Source: Acidobacteriota bacterium
GTDB lineage: Bacteria > Acidobacteriota > UBA6911 > RPQK01 > JAJDTT01
Length of the DNA: 64,000 nucleotides
Reading direction: 5' to 3'
NCBI GenBank assembly: GCA_965263035.1
Contig: OZ253580.1
Coordinates: forward strand, 2,112,001-2,176,000
Both the position numbers and the translations under genes were made by a program. Positions 38,265 to 47,671 of the stretch are shown in pieces. The number at the start of each line of letters is the position of its first letter. The first letter of the stretch is position 1. The notes below the pieces were generated by a model. It did no database searches, was not told where the DNA came from, and saw nothing but the letters and a program-made list of their open reading frames with translations.

Positions 38265-39961
38265 TCCGAATCACCTCCGGCGGGAGGCCCTTCCAGGAAA
38301 GCGGCGACCGCCGCCGACAAGGCCGAAACCAGACGCTGGTTGAAGGTTTCCAGAGTCAGGTTCCACCGGTCTTCCGAGTTGGTCAGGTGCCCGAACTCAA
38401 CCACGATTCCCGGCGCCGCCACCGACTGCAGGACCGTCAATGGCGCCTCGATGACCTGATGCTCAACTTCGTAAACTTGGTTCAGGCTTTCCTGAACCAC
38501 CACGGCCAACTCCCGGCTGCGCGCCTGGTATCGCTCCTGGCCCGATTCCCAGAGAACGAACTCCCCTTCCTCTTCGGGCTCGGGTTCGGGTTGGGTCACC
38601 ACCACTTCGACGGCCTCCGTCTCCTCGTCCTCCTCAGTCTCCGACTCCGGTTGCGGGAGGTCCGGAGTCCGGCCGTCCTGAAGAACCATCGACTCCCCGT
38701 CGAGTTCTTCCGGCTCCGGCGGAGGCATGACCGGGGATTTCCCATGAAAATAGACCACGCCACCCTGAATCTCCCCATCCGGAGCCCTGCCCAAATGGAG
38801 GCTCAGGTAGGCCCGGGTTCGATTGGAGTTGCCCACGGCGCTGCGCTGCGCTGCAGATAGATTCACGTCCCGATCCCGGGTCAGGACCATCTCCAGACCG
38901 TGATTCCGAAACTCGTCACGCAACTGCAGAGCAAACTGGAGGGCCAGGTCCTTCTCGACAAACCCCTGCTCCCCCAGATCTCCCTCCCAGATTCCTCCAG
39001 GATCGCTTCCGCCATGGCCCGGGTCGACGACGATCACGGGACTCTCCCGCCGGCTCCGAGACGTGCTGAGCCGGGACCGCTGCGCGGGAGCCGGATCGGG
39101 AGTTCCGGCAGTGGCCGGGACCGCTCTCGAGGCCCTGTCCGGAGCCCGCCGGATACGGCCGTGGACCTCCAGGACCTTGGTCGAATCGCCGGCGTCTTCG
39201 ACCTCGCGGTAACGGCGATAGTCCTGCCCCTTGTGGATGCGGAACGTCCCGAACGGATCTCGCGAGTTGAACTTCAGCGCAGACACCAGACGGGACGAAG
39301 CGTTTCCCCGGGTGGCGCCGGGACGAACCCGATAAGGCCCGAACTCCACTTCAAGGTAGTCCCGCCTGTCGTGGACCCGGACCGGACCCGGCCGGCTGGC
39401 GGAGAACTCGATCCGGACATGGCTGGAATGATTCGTCACCTGCACCTTCACTTGATTCAGATCCCGGGGTTCGAACCGATACCTGGCGGCGCCGGTTTTG
39501 GAGAAGCGCCCCGGAAGGACTGGAGCCAGCGCCCGAACCAGGAAGTCCTCGGGGATATACCAGTCCGAAGGTCCCTTCTTCCAGGCCGGTGAGGACATGA
39601 GAAGGTAGTCGACTCCCGCCCGAACCAGCGGTCTTCGATCCAGAAACAGGAGTTCTCCGCCGGGACCGGACAGATTGAACCGGTCCTTCAATTCCCGGCC
39701 TTCGAGCCGGAGGGCGGAAATCATGTCCTTGAGGCTGACGTAGGGCTTGCCGGACCGCTGCTCCATCGCCACCGCCGACCTTCGACTCCCCAGGTCCAGC
39801 AGCAGCTCCCCTTGATTCTGGGCCGGCAGTTCGGGGCTGAGGCAAACCAGCATCCAACCGGTGACCGCGGCCGAGCGGAACACGCGCTTGAGGCAGAGAT
39901 ACGGAAACAGCCTCTCAGACTCACCTCGAATCCCGGAAGAGAACAGCGGAAGCCACGGCAT
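38261..39961 (-). CDS. N-acetylmuramoyl-L-alanine amidase (Amidase_3); start uncertain
   Basis: IVVDPGHGGSDPG, EKDLAL, LTRDRD, LSLH and VVEFGHLTN. Confidence 0.88.
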   Translation of the reverse strand: MPWLPLFSSGIRGESERLFPYLCLKRVFRSAAVTGWMLVCLSPELPAQNQGELLLDLGSRRSAVAMEQRSGKPYVSLKDMISALRLEGRELKDRFNLSGPGGELLFLDRRPLVRAGVDYLLMSSPAWKKGPSDWYIPEDFLVRALAPVLPGRFSKTGAARYRFEPRDLNQVKVQVTNHSSHVRIEFSASRPGPVRVHDRRDYLEVEFGPYRVRPGATRGNASSRLVSALKFNSRDPFGTFRIHKGQDYRRYREVEDAGDSTKVLEVHGRIRRAPDRASRAVPATAGTPDPAPAQRSRLSTSRSRRESPVIVVDPGHGGSDPGGIWEGDLGEQGFVEKDLALQFALQLRDEFRNHGLEMVLTRDRDVNLSAAQRSAVGNSNRTRAYLSLHLGRAPDGEIQGGVVYFHGKSPVMPPPEPEELDGESMVLQDGRTPDLPQPESETEEDEETEAVEVVVTQPEPEPEEEGEFVLWESGQERYQARSRELAVVVQESLNQVYEVEHQVIEAPLTVLQSVAAPGIVVEFGHLTNSEDRWNLTLETFNQRLVSALSAAVAAFLEGPPAGGDSE

Positions 39962-40002
39962 CAGGCGTAATTATAGTGGAAGGGGTACGGCGACTTTTCG
40001 GC

Positions 40003-40878
40003 TCAGCCGGCGACACTCGCCTCCGCCGCCTCCAGCTCCGATTCGGAAACCCGCCAGCGGGACGCGTTTCGAAACAACGCCGTCGCCAGACCCGTATGCA
40101 GGGCGTGTCCGGCCTTGTAGGCGCGAATATGCCCGATCACCGGGCTGCCGCAGAGGGAGACGTCGCCGATCAGATCCAGGACCTTGTGGCGAACGAACTC
40201 GTCGGGCGCCCGGAGCTTTCCGCTCATGACGCCGTCGTCACTCAACACCACTGCGTTCTCGAAGGAGCCGCCGCGTATCAGATTGTTGGCCAGAAGCTGG
40301 CGGACTTCACGATAGAATCCGAAGGTTCGGGAAAAAGCGATCTCCCGTGCGTAGACTTCGGGCGTCACCTTCAAGTCCAACCGCTGGCGGCCGATGACGG
40401 GATGGGTGAAATCGATCTCGTAGGTCACGCGAAAGACAGGCGAAGGCTCGATCGACACGAACTTCTCCCCATCCGTCAGCCGGATCGGCTTGTCTACCCT
40501 GATGAAGATCCGGGGAGCGTCCTGCTCCTGGATCCCAACACCCTGAATGCCCTCCACGAAGGGCCGGGAGGAACCGTCCAGGATAGGGACCTCCAGAGAA
40601 TCGATGTCGATGTAGAGGTTGTCCAGGCCCAGGCCGTAGGCGGCCGACAACAGATGCTCCACCGTCGAGAGCATCACCCCCCGTTTCATGAGGGTCGTGG
40701 CCAGGACCACGCGGGAGACGTACCGGCGTGAGGCCTCGATCTCGAAACCCTGCAAATCGATGCGGCGGAAGAGGACGCCGGTCCCTGCCGGAGCGGGCTT
40801 CAACTCGACCGTTACCCGGCATCCGGTGTGGAGCCCGACTCCACTGAGTTTGTACGGGCGGCGGATGGTCCTCTGCAT
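40003..40878 (-). CDS. lpxC: UDP-3-O-acyl-N-acetylglucosamine deacetylase
   Basis: QRTI..GVGLHTG, STVEHLLSA, EVPILDGSS, SRTFGF, EFVRHKVLDLIGD and AGHALH. Confidence 0.97.
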   Translation of the reverse strand: MQRTIRRPYKLSGVGLHTGCRVTVELKPAPAGTGVLFRRIDLQGFEIEASRRYVSRVVLATTLMKRGVMLSTVEHLLSAAYGLGLDNLYIDIDSLEVPILDGSSRPFVEGIQGVGIQEQDAPRIFIRVDKPIRLTDGEKFVSIEPSPVFRVTYEIDFTHPVIGRQRLDLKVTPEVYAREIAFSRTFGFYREVRQLLANNLIRGGSFENAVVLSDDGVMSGKLRAPDEFVRHKVLDLIGDVSLCGSPVIGHIRAYKAGHALHTGLATALFRNASRWRVSESELEAAEASVAG

Positions 40879-41056
40879 CTGGCCTGGACTGTGATGCAAG
40901 ATACAGGCCAAAAATGGAGAAAGCCTTTATTTTCAGTGGGTTTCGTAATTCGAACGTCCCTGCGAGGAGCGCATGGTGTGACCTGGAGGACACAGCGGTG
41001 TGGACCGGAGGACACATCCGGAAGCGCCGGACGCGATTCGGCAACTCCGGCCAGGA

Positions 41057-42091
41057 TCAGTCGTTCCGCCGACCCTTCCTTCTTTTCTCCCGCTCCTTCT
41101 CCGTTTCCCCCGCCGCTTTGGCGTCCCGCTCCTCCTGCTTCTTCAACCGCTTGCGCATCTTCTCTTCCCACTTGGCCTTCTTCTTCTGGTCGATGGCCGG
41201 CTCCAGGAATTGGGATTCGGGAATCTGCAGATTGTAGGCCAGATCCTCTACGAAGAGCTGCTGGGAGATCTTTCCGTCCAGATAGATGTCCGTCCGCAAG
41301 GGTGTGTGGACTCCCTGGATGGCATGCCAGTTGTAGAACTCCCACTCCATCTTGTGGCGCAACCCGGTGTCGTCCGTGAATTCGTTCTCCACCTTTTCGG
41401 GGAGGTGGCTGTTCACGTTGAAGAAGGCCACCACCGAGTTGTTGGAGGCGTCCAGAAACTCCACGGCCTTGAACTTTCCCTGACCCGCGATGTCGTCGGG
41501 TCCGTAGTAGTAAAGGCTCATTCCGTCCTCGTCGAGGCGCTGCTTGATGAGGAAGTTGAGGTCCTTCCGAACCGACTTGATCCACGAGTCCAACTCCTTA
41601 CCGGGGATCTCCTCGACTTCGAACTCGCCCTCCAGCTTCCAGCCCTTGTTCAACTCCAGGTTGTGGACCGAGACTTCCTGCTCCTTCTCGTTCTTTCCCA
41701 ATTCGAAGCGGGACTTGACGGGATCGTAGACGGTCCAGTCTCGAAAACGGGTGAATCCTTTGCGACCCTTCTTGAAGATGAAGTACCGGCCGGAGGAATG
41801 GGAGTTCCGGATCTTCAGGTAGGCATCGCCGCCCATGGCCGTCACCGCCGCGTCGATCACCTTTCTGGCTTTCTCGTCACCCGTACCCTGGGCCAGTGAC
41901 GGCAAGAGGAGGAAAGAGCAAAGAGGAAAGAGAAAAGAGAGAAGAAGGATGCGCTTAGAGCAGATTCGAGTTTGGGTCGGCTCCGATACGATATTTTTTG
42001 CCGAGTTGTGTAGAGAAGAAAGGCGGGGCACCCTACCGTCCCGGTGACACTCCGAATCCCTATCTCTGACTCGTCTCTCCTGTTCCCTCAT
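41057..42091 (-). CDS. Secreted hypothetical protein, LolA-like fold plausible; start uncertain
   Basis: Hydrophobic leader then ARKVIDAAVTAMGGDAY; beta-rich body; charged C-terminal tail. Confidence 0.65.
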   Translation of the reverse strand: MREQERRVRDRDSECHRDGRVPRLSSLHNSAKNIVSEPTQTRICSKRILLLSFLFPLCSFLLLPSLAQGTGDEKARKVIDAAVTAMGGDAYLKIRNSHSSGRYFIFKKGRKGFTRFRDWTVYDPVKSRFELGKNEKEQEVSVHNLELNKGWKLEGEFEVEEIPGKELDSWIKSVRKDLNFLIKQRLDEDGMSLYYYGPDDIAGQGKFKAVEFLDASNNSVVAFFNVNSHLPEKVENEFTDDTGLRHKMEWEFYNWHAIQGVHTPLRTDIYLDGKISQQLFVEDLAYNLQIPESQFLEPAIDQKKKAKWEEKMRKRLKKQEERDAKAAGETEKEREKRRKGRRND

Positions 42092-42127
42092 TCCTGCTCT
42101 CCTTTTCGACGCAGGGTCCTGAACTAG

Positions 42128-42286
42128 GAGCCTGCGCGGCAGAAATTGATCTACTGCGAAAGCGGTAGAATCGGTCCATATTCCCCCGATTTCTCGGCGA
42201 ATAGAACAACTATGCACCTCCAAATCGAGAAAATCTGGCCTCGATTCCCCACTTTCTCGCTACGATCATTCCTACCGCGCAGACTC
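42128..42286. mobile_element. 159-bp palindromic MITE family B
   Basis: Imperfect TIRs GAGCCTGCGCGGCAGAAATTGATC / GATCATTCCTACCGCGCAGACTC; CTAG at 42124-42127 and 42287-42290. Confidence 0.8.
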
Positions 42287-43303
42287 CTAGCAGCCGATGT
42301 ATCGAGCGTAAATGGCCCGGGCCTCCGTCTCGTCCTCCGTTCCCCGGATGATGGCCCTTCCGTCGCGGAACAGAGCCAGCTCGTAACCGTTGACCTGTAA
42401 CTTCATCATATAGTCGTTCAAGCTCACCTTGCCACTGGGCCGGAGCCGCCGCGCCACTTGAGGCAAATCCATCCGGGAGTCTTCGCCCGGCTGGACCTGG
42501 ACCGCGTTCCGGCCACAGAGTCGAACCGAGTAGCGCCGATCCCTTCCTTCCAGAAAACGCAGTTGGAGCGCCCCGCAGCAGAGACAATCGGGATCGCGGG
42601 CGCCTTGGAGGGAAACGAGCTTCACACGATTCTCCCAGACGTCGAACTTCAGCATGGTGGAGGAGGGTTCGGAGCCCACCAGGATCTTCAGAACCTGAGT
42701 CACCTGGTAAGAGGCCACGACATGGACCACTGGGGCCAGGATGCCGCTGGTGTCACAGGTCTCGGCGCTTCCGGGGGCCGGCGGCTGGGGGAAAAGGCAC
42801 TGCAGGCAGGGCGTGATCCGGGGGCGGAACGCGAACGCGGTCCCGTAACTGCCGACACAGGCTCCATAGATCCAGGTCCGGCCGGTTCGGAGAGAATAGT
42901 CGTTCAGCAGGTACCGGGTCTCGAAATTGTCGGTGCCGTCCAGGATAAGATCGCTCCCGCCACAGAGCGCCTCGACGTTTCGACGGGTCAGGTCCTCGAC
43001 CACGCCGTTGACCCGAACCTTGGAATTCATGGTGCCGAGAACCGACTCGGCCGCCACCGCCTTGGGCAGGGCCAGGCGGGCATGTTCTTCCGTGAAGAGG
43101 CTCTGCCGCTGTAGATTGCTCTCTTCCACGAAGTCACGGTCGACAATGCGCAAGGAGCCGATCCCGGCCCGGACCAACTGCTCCGCGGCCACGCTGCCCA
43201 GGGCTCCGCAGCCGACGATCACCACGCTGGCCCGGCCCAGTCGTTCCTGTCCGTCCGCGCCGATAGCAGGGAAAAGGATCTGCCGCGAGTAGCGCTGGTT
43301 CAC
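42287..43303 (-). CDS. ThiF/MoeB-family adenylyltransferase
   Basis: RYSRQI, IVGCGALG, DRDFVEESNLQRQ, DGTDNF.TR, PCLQC and LCGRNAVQ. Confidence 0.95.
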   Translation of the reverse strand: MNQRYSRQILFPAIGADGQERLGRASVVIVGCGALGSVAAEQLVRAGIGSLRIVDRDFVEESNLQRQSLFTEEHARLALPKAVAAESVLGTMNSKVRVNGVVEDLTRRNVEALCGGSDLILDGTDNFETRYLLNDYSLRTGRTWIYGACVGSYGTAFAFRPRITPCLQCLFPQPPAPGSAETCDTSGILAPVVHVVASYQVTQVLKILVGSEPSSTMLKFDVWENRVKLVSLQGARDPDCLCCGALQLRFLEGRDRRYSVRLCGRNAVQVQPGEDSRMDLPQVARRLRPSGKVSLNDYMMKLQVNGYELALFRDGRAIIRGTEDETEARAIYARYIGC

Positions 43304-43326
43304 GATTCAGTCCCGGAATCGCCGGA

Positions 43327-44067
43327 TCAATGTTCCACGGGAATGCCTTCCAGCAACCCCGCGTGATGCATGGAGTTCCACTCATCCAGAAAGGTCTGGT
43401 TCCAGGTCTCCGTCAGCGGATGCTTCATCATTTCCTGAAAAATGTTCCAGAAGATGATGATGCCGTCGGCGCCGTCCCGGAGCGCCCGGTAGGCCGTGTC
43501 GGCGGAGCGGACCAGGGCGGCGGTCACGAAGGGTCGGTGCTCCCATCCCCGGAACATGGCCACGCACTCCCGGATCAGCTGGGTGGGGTCGCCTCCGACC
43601 TCCTTGACCGGCTCACAGAAGGGGAGGATATGGGTGGCTCCGGCCTGGGCCACGGCCGCCGCCTGGGTCAGGGAGAAGACGGTGGTGCAGAAGGTCTGAA
43701 CGCCCTGGCGCTTCAACTCCCGGAAGGCGCCCAGACCGTGGACGGTGCAAGGGATCTTGAGGATGATCCGATCCGACAGACGTGTGAAGACCTCCCCCAC
43801 CCGAAGCAGTTCAGCGGTGGAATGGCCGTCGACCTCTATCACTACCGGCTTGTCGGTAATGTCCAGATAGCGCTGGGCGACATCGAGGATCTGGCCGTAT
43901 TTCTGGACCATCTGGTTCAGGACCACCGTGTTGGTGACGATGCCCGCCGCTCCCAGGGGCAACCACTTTTCCAGGTCCGCCGGATCGCCGGCCAGCCAGA
44001 TGGCTGGGCCGGTTCCCGCGGATCTCGCTTCGGTACATGGTCCTCGAGTGTTGTTCTCTTGTGTCAC
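43327..44067 (-). CDS. Transaldolase/fructose-6-phosphate aldolase family protein
   Basis: GIVTN, IILKIPCT (Schiff-base Lys), TTVFSLTQA..A.AGA and HPLTE. Confidence 0.85.
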   Translation of the reverse strand: MTQENNTRGPCTEARSAGTGPAIWLAGDPADLEKWLPLGAAGIVTNTVVLNQMVQKYGQILDVAQRYLDITDKPVVIEVDGHSTAELLRVGEVFTRLSDRIILKIPCTVHGLGAFRELKRQGVQTFCTTVFSLTQAAAVAQAGATHILPFCEPVKEVGGDPTQLIRECVAMFRGWEHRPFVTAALVRSADTAYRALRDGADGIIIFWNIFQEMMKHPLTETWNQTFLDEWNSMHHAGLLEGIPVEH

Positions 44068-44194
44068 GTCATGCTCCTGAGAAATTCAAAGTCTTAACTG
44101 CGGGCGGCCGTCTCACCCCGGAGGGCGCGATGGGGGGCGGCTTTCCAGTCACCCGTTGCTTCTGTACGCCATTTGTTTCTCCGGAGTCCGGCGG

Positions 44195-45505
44195 TTAGGA
44201 AACCGCCGCTCCCCAGGGTCCCCGGTACTCCTTGGTCAGGAGCCGGTTGGCCTCCGGGTGATTGGTGATGGTCTCGCTCTCCGGATCGAACTCCAGCACC
44301 TTGCCCGTCCGGTAGGCGACCTCGCCCAAGTGGACCAGGGCACAGGACCGGTGGACCTGAAGGGCCGGAGCCAAAGGCTGCTGCCGGGTCCGGACGCAGT
44401 CCAGAAAATTGGACAGGTGCTGACCCTTTCCCCTGTCCCGGACGGCCTCCCCTACTCCCATCGAAGGGCCCTTCTCCTCTTTCCGGCCCAGATAGACCTG
44501 AAAGAAGCCGCGGCGGGAGAAGACCATGAAGCCCTCGGTCCCGTAGAAGGCGTTGCCACTGTCCACTCCGTAACGCCCGTAGGGAGTCCAGCCCCGGTCC
44601 TCGTAGATGAGCACCTTTCCCTCGGCAAAGTGGTAGGCCACCATCATGTTGTCGGGAAACTCGCGTTCCAGGCTTTCCATATCAACCCGGCTTCCGTGCG
44701 CCGTGATCCGGACGGGGTGGGTCTTGGGAGCGAGACCGAAATGGGCCATGTCCAGGTCATGAATGCCGTCTCCCCCGATATCCCCGTTGCCATAGTCACG
44801 GTACCAGTTCCAGTTGCCGTGAAAGCGGTTGGGATTGAAGGGCCGTTTGGGAGCCGGACCCAGCCACATGTCGTAATCGACTCCCGGAGGGACCGGAGCG
44901 TCCGGCGCCGGTTTCCGGGGGTTGTGCCGCTGCAGGTTCCAGGCCTTGGACATCCTGACCTCGCCGATGACCCCCGAATCCAGGAGTTCCCGGGCCTTGG
45001 CCGTGACCCGGCTGGAGCGCATCTGGGTGCCATGCTGCACGATGCGCCCCGTCTCTTCGACCGTATCGACCAGGACGCGTCCTTCCCGAAAGACGTGGGA
45101 GCCCGGTTTTTCCAGGTAGACGTCCTTACCGGCGCGAAGTGCCCGCACCGCCATGGGAACGTGCCAATGATGGGGCGTGGCCACCACCACGGCGTCGATG
45201 GAGGTGTCCTCCAGCACGTGCCGGAAGTCCTTGACCATCTTGGGCCACTGCCCGGTGGCGTCGTGAACCTTCTTGGACTCCCGCTCCAGCATGCTCTGGT
45301 CCACGTCGCAAAGGCAGGCGCAGACGGCATCCGGAACCTCCAGGAGGCGGCTCACGTGGACGCGGCCCATGCCCCGAAGCCCGATGACGGCCACCACGAC
45401 CCGGTCGTTGGCCGAGACTCGGCGGGACCTTGCCGCCAGAGAGGAGACGGCGGCCGCGCCTGCCGCCGACACGTTCATGAATTCCCGGCGAGTGACGCTT
45501 TTCAT
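44195..45505 (-). CDS. Gfo/Idh/MocA oxidoreductase with Tat signal
   Basis: TRREF; ANDRVVVAVIGLRGMG; ATPHHWH; DVYLEKP; DYDMWLGPAP; GIHDLD. Confidence 0.93.
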   Translation of the reverse strand: MKSVTRREFMNVSAAGAAAVSSLAARSRRVSANDRVVVAVIGLRGMGRVHVSRLLEVPDAVCACLCDVDQSMLERESKKVHDATGQWPKMVKDFRHVLEDTSIDAVVVATPHHWHVPMAVRALRAGKDVYLEKPGSHVFREGRVLVDTVEETGRIVQHGTQMRSSRVTAKARELLDSGVIGEVRMSKAWNLQRHNPRKPAPDAPVPPGVDYDMWLGPAPKRPFNPNRFHGNWNWYRDYGNGDIGGDGIHDLDMAHFGLAPKTHPVRITAHGSRVDMESLEREFPDNMMVAYHFAEGKVLIYEDRGWTPYGRYGVDSGNAFYGTEGFMVFSRRGFFQVYLGRKEEKGPSMGVGEAVRDRGKGQHLSNFLDCVRTRQQPLAPALQVHRSCALVHLGEVAYRTGKVLEFDPESETITNHPEANRLLTKEYRGPWGAAVS

Positions 45506-46575
45506 GCCTTCGCTCCCTCCCGGCTCGTCTTGGCTCCAGCTTGGACTTTCCGGATCATCTCACTGAGCCTCTGGTAGTTGATCCGCATGGCGTCGATCCG
45601 CGTGCCTCCCGGTGGAATGAAGTGGGTCGCCAGGGAAAGGACCGCATCCGAGCCATGGTCCTGCAGGCGGCGCAGAACCTCCGGGTAGTCGACGTCGCCG
45701 TCTCCCAAGGCCCGATACTCGAACTTCAGGTTCAGACCGTCCATGACATGGAGGTCCTTCAAGTGCAGACCGTGCAGGTAGGGGCGAATGTTGTTGAATC
45801 CGGCCGTGGCCACGTCCCATTCGCCCGAGTTGTAGTTGTCGGCGGGACCCCACATCACCTTCAGGCGGGAGGAACCCACGGCCTCCGCCACCCGGCGGAA
45901 GTTGCCGGTGGTATTGGTGTAGTTCCAAGGCATCATGGAGAGCGCCACGTCCACGCCGTGCTTCTCGGCCGCTTCCGCCACCAACGTGAAGGCGGCCACC
46001 AGCTTCTCCATGTCGACCTTGGCGATGTATCCTCCCCGGGTCAGCCAGCGCATGGGCCAGGTCGGCTTGCCCGCCTTGTATTCTCCGGGCCAGGCGAAGG
46101 TGAAGGATCCCACGGCGCCGACGCCGATCCGGGAGGCAATCTCCATGCAGCGCACCAAGTCGGCCAAGTCGGTTCGAAAGCCTTCGTGTTCGGTGAGCTT
46201 GTCCTTCTTCAAATCGGTCAGGTGGATGTGCTTGAAGGTGGAGCCGGCGCTCAGCAGGAAGATCTCCAGTCCGTGCCGCTGCACCCTCTGCGCCATACGG
46301 TCCGCCTCGGCGTCGCTCAACCGGGCGATCTCGGCCTCCTTGTGGAGATTGTGGAACCAGACCGACTCGACTCCAATCTCCTTGGCCGTGGCCAGCGCCT
46401 GGTCGAAGGGGAGTTGGAGCTCCGGCAGGAACATCCCCAACTTGAACCGGTACCGGTCCATTTCCGCCGGCGGACCCGGCGCCGGCCGGGCTTCCCCTGT
46501 GGACGAGCTCAACCCATAGGCCGCGACACCTCCCAGAGCGCTGCCGGCATTTCGAAAAAACTTCCTTCTCTTCAT
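45502..46575 (-). CDS. Sugar phosphate isomerase/epimerase (xylose-isomerase-like TIM barrel) with Tat signal
   Basis: MKRRKFF leader; LHLKD and GDGDVDY; ATGA overlap with the oxidoreductase. Confidence 0.8.
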   Translation of the reverse strand: MKRRKFFRNAGSALGGVAAYGLSSSTGEARPAPGPPAEMDRYRFKLGMFLPELQLPFDQALATAKEIGVESVWFHNLHKEAEIARLSDAEADRMAQRVQRHGLEIFLLSAGSTFKHIHLTDLKKDKLTEHEGFRTDLADLVRCMEIASRIGVGAVGSFTFAWPGEYKAGKPTWPMRWLTRGGYIAKVDMEKLVAAFTLVAEAAEKHGVDVALSMMPWNYTNTTGNFRRVAEAVGSSRLKVMWGPADNYNSGEWDVATAGFNNIRPYLHGLHLKDLHVMDGLNLKFEYRALGDGDVDYPEVLRRLQDHGSDAVLSLATHFIPPGGTRIDAMRINYQRLSEMIRKVQAGAKTSREGAKA

Positions 46576-46680
46576 CCGATGCCTCCTTGAATCCGCGCAT
46601 CCGGCGTCCAGCCCGCTCCGGCGTCCGAAACCGCACTGGATATCTGCAGCGGAAGTCGCCATCGACCTCCAATCGTCATT

Positions 46681-47637
46681 TCAGGAGATGTTCGCCGCCC
46701 GGCCGGGATTCCGGATCAGGATGGCGTCCACGGCGTCCTGTTCGACCCCCTCTCGCCGCAGCCGCGGAAGAAAATCGCTCCAGAAATAATCATATCCCCT
46801 TCCGCCGTTGGCCCGCAGGTGGGAAAGACGACACGTATCAGTGGCTACGAGCAGTTGGTCCTGGTACCCCAGACGGACCATCGAGGCCAGACGGCGGGCC
46901 CGGATCTCATCGGTCGGACAACCGGGCCACTCATCGATCCAGCCGATGAGATCGAACTCCACGTAGGCGCCCCGCTCCAGGATGGGCAGGTAGTACTCCA
47001 GGTCTTTTTCCTCATTGTCGTGGTAGTGGGCGTCGCAGTGTCCGATGACCACCCTGGAGAGATCGGCTCCCGCGGCCTCCAGCAGGTTCAGTTGGGCGTG
47101 GCCTGCCCGGCCCAGGCAGGCATGGGTGGAGATGAGGGCCCCCGTCCGCTTCTGGGCCCTGGCGGCCGCTTGAAACACCCGGGTCTCGCCTTCCGTCAGA
47201 CGGTATCCGGCGAAATCGGGCTCAGGCCGGTTGTGGCTCCCGATCTCGCCGATGAAGCCGGCGGGGATACCCTCCTCGCCCTCCTCGATCTCACGAACGA
47301 AGAAGTCCTCGATCTGGCCGACGGTGGCCGTGGTCAACCACTGCGGATAACTGTCCTCCTGGTAGAAGGCGATACCCCGAACGATGTGGACGCCGGACTC
47401 CGCGCTGATCCGGCGCAAGGCCGCAGCGTCTCCCTCCAGGTCCACCGGGGTCACCTCCAAAATGCCCCGGCCGCCGGCCGCCGTGAACGATCCCAGTTCG
47501 CGGACGATCAACTCCCAGTCCACCATGGCATTGTCGAGATTGCCGGAGTGGCGGGCGATGTTGCAGTACAGATGCTCGTGGGCCAGGGCGGGTCCGAACT
47601 GATCTTCCTGGATTTCGCCAAGCACGGTACGGATCAT
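46681..47637 (-). CDS. Phosphotriesterase-related amidohydrolase
   Basis: IRTVLG, LAHEH, GFIGEIG, ISTHA, VIGHCD, VEFD, ATD and NP. Confidence 0.92.
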   Translation of the reverse strand: MIRTVLGEIQEDQFGPALAHEHLYCNIARHSGNLDNAMVDWELIVRELGSFTAAGGRGILEVTPVDLEGDAAALRRISAESGVHIVRGIAFYQEDSYPQWLTTATVGQIEDFFVREIEEGEEGIPAGFIGEIGSHNRPEPDFAGYRLTEGETRVFQAAARAQKRTGALISTHACLGRAGHAQLNLLEAAGADLSRVVIGHCDAHYHDNEEKDLEYYLPILERGAYVEFDLIGWIDEWPGCPTDEIRARRLASMVRLGYQDQLLVATDTCRLSHLRANGGRGYDYFWSDFLPRLRREGVEQDAVDAILIRNPGRAANIS

Positions 47638-47671
47638 CGTTCAATCGAACTCAGGTGGAGGCCAGCCGCGG

